A DNA stretch of 64,000 bases from Trichinella spiralis (lineage: Eukaryota): NCBI RefSeq assembly GCF_000181795.1, contig NW_003526945.1, positions 4,097,193 to 4,161,192 of the forward strand. The letters run 5' to 3'. Below the pieces are notes generated by a model. It searched no databases. It was not told the origin of the DNA and saw only the letters and a program-made list of their open reading frames with translations. Positions within the stretch are counted from its first letter, which is position 1. Every line of letters starts with the position of its first letter. This document shows, piece by piece, positions 56,701-64,000 of this stretch. A program made the position numbers and the translations under genes.

Positions 56701-57531
56701 CACAAGACAAGCAGTTGCTTGTCAACGTTGGATATGAAAAGTGAATTTGGCTTTTGATTTCAGGAAAGCGCACTGCAGGGTCGATTTACGCCGTTTGGAA
56801 TTTTGAACGGATTTACAATCGAACTCGGAGCCAGCGGAACTTTTCTTCCTCCGCATGTGCGTTTGCCTGTGACGACAATATTTTTGGATTCACCTCCAGA
56901 TGCTCCGTTGCCTTACATTGTAAAATAAAAACATAAAAATAAATAAATGTATATATGTATATATATATATATATATGTATATGTAGGGTCGATGCAATTT
57001 GAAACAATTAGGCAAGAAAGGTTACCACATTCCAAAAGCAGGAAACGTTCAAGTGGTAAGAGATGGATGGAGACAGAGAGCATTGCATTGTAACATTGCA
57101 TTTTCTTGTTCAGACACTTTTCAATCCTCAAGGATCTGTGGTAAATATGTTTATCGTACAGTATAATTTGAAAGAGATGAAATGCCGTTCCAAAACGTTC
57201 GTCCGTCAACGTACGTACTTCATGCCCAAATCGGCAACTTACAAGGATGCGAAAAACAACCGCAGCTGGTTGCGCTATTTGATTCATTTACGGTACGTTG
57301 AAATTTGTATGTTGAAACCCACGTGTTTTGGATGTTGCTTTGCTTGAAATTTTCAGCTTCGCCAGTTCCAGCTCTGGAAAGTTGTACTTGCATTCGGATA
57401 TTAAAATGCTATTCGCCCGTAAACCGGAACTGGACTGCAACAACGTTAGCCTCACTTCGGCGGGTATCCGTGATTGTGCAACATACGAACTGCGCGCGTT
57501 CAACGAAATTCCCCAACATCCAACTGTTTGA
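53751..57531 (+). CDS. FAM214A: Atos homolog (FAM214; DUF4210 + chromosome-segregation domain), multi-exon; 5' end uncertain
   Basis: LENLISLSLIYGR, ILLEKWKIQ, HFSQLSS, KLPLTSSP, NLLGSFEESALQGRF, FTIELGASG, GYHIPKAGNVQVTLFNPQGSVV, TFVRQRT, LRYLIHLRFASSSSGKLYLHSDIKMLFAR. Confidence 0.85.
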
Positions 57532-58052
57532 CATTTTCCAAAAAAGAAGTATTTTTTATTCTCAAATGGCTAAAAAACAAAAATATACAAAAAATGATAT
57601 TCATTTTTATTCACTGTAGGAGTGAAAAGGGTGAATGAAAAAGTATATTGATTTCATTTTTAGATGAAGTGCACGAGAAAAATGCTCATCGAATAAGCTC
57701 GCATGTATGTTGCCATATTATTTTATATCACGCAAATTACTTTGTACCTGTGCTCATGAAACATACATTTTAATCGAGTAAATCAATGTTGAAAAAATAT
57801 AACAATAATTGTGAGTCCATTTGTTACGACTGAACGAATGTCTTTTGGTTTTCTTTACTAAATCGGAATCAATCCATCTATATATATAGAAAGAGAGATG
57901 TGATATGTTGTCCAGCTTGATATATATATATATATATATCACTAAGGTATTTTAACTTGCAGCAACAAGAAGAACAGCCAGCCACCATTGCACGACTAAG
58001 AAATAAAAAATCCACAGCATAATTAAGCAACGAAAACGAGCAGAGACAATTT

Positions 58053-60817
58053 TCACGTCGTCGTTGTTGATCTTTCGTTCCCCTCATCTAAGAAAAGGAA
58101 AATATTTTAATTTTCAAATATTCACCACATTCAATTTGCGTTGGTTTGAAATGCAATGTTCATACCCTGCTGCTGCTGATGCTGCTGCTGTTCGTTGCAT
58201 GCAGTAGTAGTTGTTGCTGTTGTTGGCGTTCCGTTTTGCTCTTCAGCTTCAGTTTCTGCTGAAATCATTGACTGATTAAAAATACAAAGAAAAAATTAAT
58301 ACCAACGTGCGAATCTACCCGTATTTAATTCTTGTACAAGCGACGTCATTGTGTTGGTGATCGAATCCGCGGCTGACAACAAATCCGACTGCAAAGAGCT
58401 TTTTCTGGGTCCGAAGCTCGAATATGGCGACGATGGAAGAAACTGCTGAGCTAAGCGACCATACGTGCCTCCGTAAAGTGACGAATCCGCATCGTTCACG
58501 TTGCCGACGTCTTTTGCCTTGGAATCGGCGTCGTTGTTGCTCGCTTGCAACAAAGATCTCGGTGAATTATCCCGAGGAAGTTGGGTCTGAATGAAATGAA
58601 AATTTAACGAATTATTTTCTTCAATTCCAAGCTAAAAGCTTATCCATATAAGCAAAACAAAATTTGCTCCTCTCAACGACAACAACAACAATAATCACCT
58701 TCAACACTTTCATCAAACCTTCCAATTGCATCAGCAAATCTTTTCTCGTGTCCTGCAACTGCTGCATTCGAATTTCCAATTCCGTCTTACGAAGTCTCAA
58801 ATTATCCAATTCAACAGTGGCTCCGTTTTCGCCCACTGCCGAGGTAGACATCATGCTGAGATTGGTGGCACTTTGCATCGCTTGTAGTCGGTGAATTTCC
58901 CTCAAAATTTCCCTGACAAAAAAAGACAAGCGTTTTTTGCTCAGTTGAATTTCAAGAAAATTGAATCAACATTAATTTTACCTATTCTTTTTCTCCAAAT
59001 GAGCAATGGTGGCTCGTTGAGCGAGATTCTCTTCTGCTGCATTCGTCGCCGCCGGTCGGTACTAGAATTTCAAACAAACAACACTCGTTGTACACGGAAC
59101 CGTATACCACCATAACCCCTCCCCTTCCCCAGAGCTTTCAAGTCTCACTGCATACCGTAGACCTGCCGGAAAGTTTCGCAGTGTACCTGGCAATCAGTTT
59201 GTGCTCGTCGTCCAAATTGTCATACCAGCACGTGCTGGAAAATGGAATGTTGAAAATTTTCAATCCGTTCACAAATCAGGCTACTACTAACCTGACTAAG
59301 CACGGTCGACTGCCGTCTATTGAATTGTCCGTTGGGTTGATTTCGGAATTTTTCTTCAATAAACAACGAACAAGCGACGGGGAGCTTGGTCTTAAAATAT
59401 ACAAAATAAGTGCTTTTTTTGGCTTTTTCCTTCAAATGCAACAACAACAACAGTATTCCGTACACTGCATTGCTGAGATCCAACGGTCGTTCCGAAACTT
59501 CAGGAACGTACGGCTTTTTGTTCGTGTGACCAGGAACACACTGCAACGACTTGCTTATCGAATGGCCAAGTTGTTTAGTGGGAGATTTCTGAAAGAAAAA
59601 GAATAAACAAACAAAATATGAATAATAATAATAATAATGATGAAAATAATTACTCACGTATGAAGAATATTCTTTCATTTCGTGCTGATTAGTATGAGAA
59701 TCGCTGATTCGACCACGCCAAAAACAGTCTTGACACAGTTGGTAATTGTGACATCGTTGACATTTGTAACGAAATCCAGTAAATGAATCCCGATTGCAAG
59801 CATCACAGACCACCGGATGAAAGACTGCACAAATGAATTATTCATAATTGTCGCGCTACAACAAAAGAGAAGAGCAGAACAACACGTACCGTGTTCAACG
59901 CTGGCCATTCTGTGCAACAAAGGCAACCACATGAGGCATGGTGGACACGGGTCGGCCATCAGCGCGTCCAAAAACGTGTTGATGGTCACTTTTGCGGACT
60001 AAAAATATTTCGATTAAATTCGATCGCACAACGACAATCAAATATTCACAAAATTTGTACCGGATCGAAAATTTGTTTGGGCAAATTTTCAGAATAAGAG
60101 AACGTTGGCCCCTCGAAAACGGCACAAGGCAAGCAGAGGACTTCTTTCAAATAGTCACAGAAACGATTGAAATCCATCACACCAGAAGTGTCGGATATGA
60201 GCGAAAAAATATCTTAAACAACAAAACAAACCATGCACGAATGCAAACGAAAAGCTCTGGTCGGTTGGGCTTCATTTTACATACAGCGCAGTTTGTCCAA
60301 CAATTTGCCGGCGCACAGAGTAGCCAGAGCAACTTTCACTGAAAACACTTGCAACTTGCCGTTGTCATCTCTGAATGGAGAAGAGGAAATACAAAAAAAA
60401 AGTAATAATAATAATAATAATTCTTGCAAAAAATGGATAATTGGAAATTGATTTGCATACCGGTCGAAAGCAGCAACCAAAAAACTGATCAACAAACGAA
60501 TGGTCAAATCCGAATCGATCTGCTGCACCACAGGCAAGCGTTTGTTCAAATTGTGATAAACGGTCGAAAGTAATAATTCGACACGAGAAATTTTCACTTC
60601 AGATTTGTATTCAACCGCGTTCAGGCCGTTCTCTCTGAACGATTCGATCACGTTCCAAATGTCGACCAAATGCACTGAAAAGCCATGAAAAAAGTATAAA
60701 CAAACAAACAAACAAACAAACAACAAGAACTTTTACAATTCACTTTCTGCTGAATGAATCGCAACTTGCAGGCAGCTCGATAAGTGGCAAATCGAATGGT
60801 GTCAAAATTTTGTTCCC
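58053..60817 (-). CDS. dyb-1: Dystrobrevin (EF-hand-like, ZZ zinc finger, coiled coils); first exon(s) lie upstream and are unresolved
   Basis: [136 protein letters not shown]. Confidence 0.95.
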
Positions 60818-63800
60818 CTGTAACAAAAAAAATCATAAATACAATTCGTCAACCGTGTGAAAAATTAAAACTTTTTTACTCAAATCCGAAACAAGCATAC
60901 GAAAATCATTTTTTGCCAAAGAATTGGACAAGGTCGAATTCTGATCTACCGTATCCATCTTTTTTATCCAACCGCAATATCACTCGACTCGTCCACTGGA
61001 TTCACAACGCATGCAAATTTCTTCCACCACAATCTGCAACACGCTCGACTGGCATTTTTTCCGCTACAAGCTATGAGCAAACAAAATAAAAACATATCGA
61101 TTTGAATTTCTTCTTCTTCTTATTATTATTATTATTTAATTTTTTGTTCAAAATATGATCAACTGTAGCGAATTACACAACATTTCTTCATCAACAACGA
61201 ATTGGAAAGTTTTCCAATAAATTGCGCATACGTCGTGCAGTAATTTTTTCAAAAAATAAAAATTAACAAATAAATAACCAACCAATCATCTCACATCGGA
61301 TGTTATTCAAAATAAATTACATCTCATTTTTATTGCTTTTCAAAAAATGTCACCCATTTCATTATAAAATGACATCCGTGTGCACTTGTGACATTTGAAA
61401 AATGCAAAAAATTTCAACTTATCAAATATGAAAATACTTTTTCTATCAATAATCACATCTCATCGAATCCAATCAACTGGCATACTGTAGCCAATTTCGA
61501 ATCAGCATTCAAATGGTAGTAGAACAAAACAACAGCAAAATTTTCTTCTTTTTTTTCCAATTTGAAACGCTCCAATGTCAACAACAAAAAAGATGATGAA
61601 ATAAAAATTCAATAATAAAAAGTTGAATTAGATCAAATGAAAAAAAAGTGAATTAATTTGAAAAAAAAATTCTTTTTTTCTGTGTAATAACTCATCTTAA
61701 TTGAAATGGGAGCTTATTTCGATGGAGCTGCGCAAAAGAGAAAGTGAAGTAGAAACGCGAACGGATTTTGTGTTGATCTGATTTATTATTTTTTTCATTT
61801 TTTCATTCAACCGGGATCATCTCTTTTGGAAATCAATTTTCAAAAGCCGGCTAATTTCGCTGCAGGTCATATAGATATTGCGTTGTAATGAAAAATGTTC
61901 GTTCACGTTTCGAATGTGGCACAGAAATGAAGATCTGATTTGAAATGGAAATTTGAACATTCCATTCAACCCCCAAAGCTTGGCCAACAACTACTGATTT
62001 ATTGAATATTTACATAAATAAATAAATAAAAACAAACCTGCTCCAAAAGCTATTGGAGGAAATTGAGACAATTGAAACAATTGCACTGGGTGAAATAATG
62101 AATGAGTAGAAATTTTACGCATGACCACGTTGAGCAATGGTGAAGCCGATGAATAACAAAAGGCGATGTTGCCAGTTGTTCCAAGCTAAATCGCAAAGCT
62201 AACGCGGCATGAAGAAGAAGAAGCAGAAAAGCATCCCAAGCGGCTGTGATATGCCAAACGATTGAAAAATGTTTAACTTTGCAGATAACATCGAGAAAAG
62301 TGCACGTCGTGTGTGCAAGTTGAAGAAAATTGTGACCGACAAAATGGAGATGCAATCGATTTCCGGCCAAACGGAAAAGGGTCGTTGCTTTTCAAAAAAG
62401 CTTCCACTTTCACATACAACAAACATCCCAACTCAAATCACCGACTGATCTATCAATAACAACACGGTGGTCGACAAAAATTCCAATATCCAACAATTCA
62501 TTGCATACAACTTTACATAAACGACAGATATTTTTTTAAATAACCTAGGATATGTATGCTTCTGGGTCATCATTCGGATAGCTGAAGAAGCATGCTTTAT
62601 CCGGAGGGGAAAAATCGAAAATCCGTCTTCGAAAGCAACCAACTGACAATGAAGCGGAAAGAAATAGAGGAAACGACAAAGTAGGGGAACAAGTCATCGA
62701 ATTTGAAACCAATGCACAAATATTCGAATCAGTCGACGCGTCATTAGCCAAGTGTTCGGCTTTCGGCTAACCATTCGATAAGCGATCAAGCTCGTTCTCT
62801 ATAGCATGCATTGAAAACCCAGCCCACGACCAGGGCGTCAGCTGTTCCACTTACTGAACAACAATTAATCAAAAATACATTTTCTAAATTTTCTACGCAC
62901 ATCCCATCACGTGAAATCATTTTATAAATTAAATTCAAAAAGAAATTCATGCTCATCCTTTCTTTCAAACTTGCTATCTTTTCACTTGAACGAATTTTCA
63001 TACATTTTACTGTACATATATGTACATATATTTTTTTCTCTCTCAATTCTATTCATTCTCCTATTCACACTTTGTTTCACATTAATTTAATACTTCACTG
63101 TATTCATTTAGTCTAATTCAATTACCACAGCAAACAAACAGTACAGTTTGTTCTCATTTAAATTAATTTCTGACAACAAGAAGCACAACATAGAAAATCT
63201 ATATACCCTTGAAGATTGTCATTTTTGAAAAAAGCCCTTTTCTGCCAGGAAAATATTGTAAAAATAAATGGTTTAACGAAACAAACTATACAACAAAAAA
63301 TTAACAGGCAACTTGACAAAACTGAAAAAAAAAGAGTAACCAGTTCATCAACCAAAAAAGTTAAAACAACTAATTTGCTTCATAAAAATTATAATAACAT
63401 CAATGGACTTATCAGGAACAACTTTTTTAAAATAACAATAACCAAACCAACAAACATGAAAACATTCAAACACTTAACTATCAATATGTAGTACAATATT
63501 ATCTTCAAAATAAAAAGCACTATTAATCAGTGAATTGCTCAGTGTGAATCTGTAAAAAAGTTGTGAAATAATACAAATTGTTTCGCATACCTTGAAAACT
63601 AAACATGAACTGCATTTAAAGAATCCTCAAAAAGAAATCATCCGCCTGTTTGCAAACATCTACAATGAACCGTTACGTTCGTAACTAGCGTATCAACAAG
63701 TGGACAGTTTTCGTAAGATATGTAAGACATACGCTTTTGCAACAAGCTAACAACAATTACAAGTGCCAGAGAAGTGCCAATTCTATAATTGTATTAAAAT

Positions 63801-64000
63801 GGCTGCCATGGTGTGCTTAAATGTGACGCTGAAGAATAACTTACCATTATTGCAATGAAAATATTAAGCATATCGTTATCATGTGAAGTTCACTCATTGA
63901 TTTGAACAAATTACAACCATAACTCATTAAGGAAATTTCTGCACATATCACGCAGTAAAATTTTCGATGAAATAAAGCAAAACCTCATAATACATTAATC

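Noticed and set aside
61000..64000. Candidate first exons of dystrobrevin
   Set aside because: Several donors are possible (~60900, ~62039, ~63207, ~63591), but none can be chosen without transcript data.

Overview
AT-rich eukaryotic genomic DNA with many short GT-AG introns. Gene content and intron style point to a nematode, probably clade I (Trichinella-like); this is an inference. Genes recognised: ZW10-like (-), CDK2-like (-), ALG3 (-), HELLS/LSH SNF2 helicase (+), a YEATS4/GAS41-like gene (+), a degenerate DEAD-box protein resembling DDX20/Gemin3 (+), Rab3 (-), mitoribosomal mS38/AURKAIP1 (+), a secreted mucin-TSP1-chitin-binding protein (-) with a truncated tandem copy, a small Spo12-motif protein (-), an intronless PA28/REG activator (+), Atos/FAM214 (+) and dystrobrevin (-). 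Mobile and relic DNA: a decayed gypsy-type LTR element containing a pogo/Tigger transposase relic, a pogo-type MITE, a solo LTR with a 5-bp TSD, and a chimeric prickle-LIM/parkin-like pseudogene. A candidate H/ACA-like RNA lies near 40.8 kb. The most notable points are the DEAD-box pseudo-helicase with all catalytic motifs lost, a PA28 with Glu at the human K188-equivalent position, the Spo12-like motif, and HELLS retention. No prokaryote-style system (CRISPR etc.) is present. All homology calls were made by eye from remembered family motifs, not from database searches.
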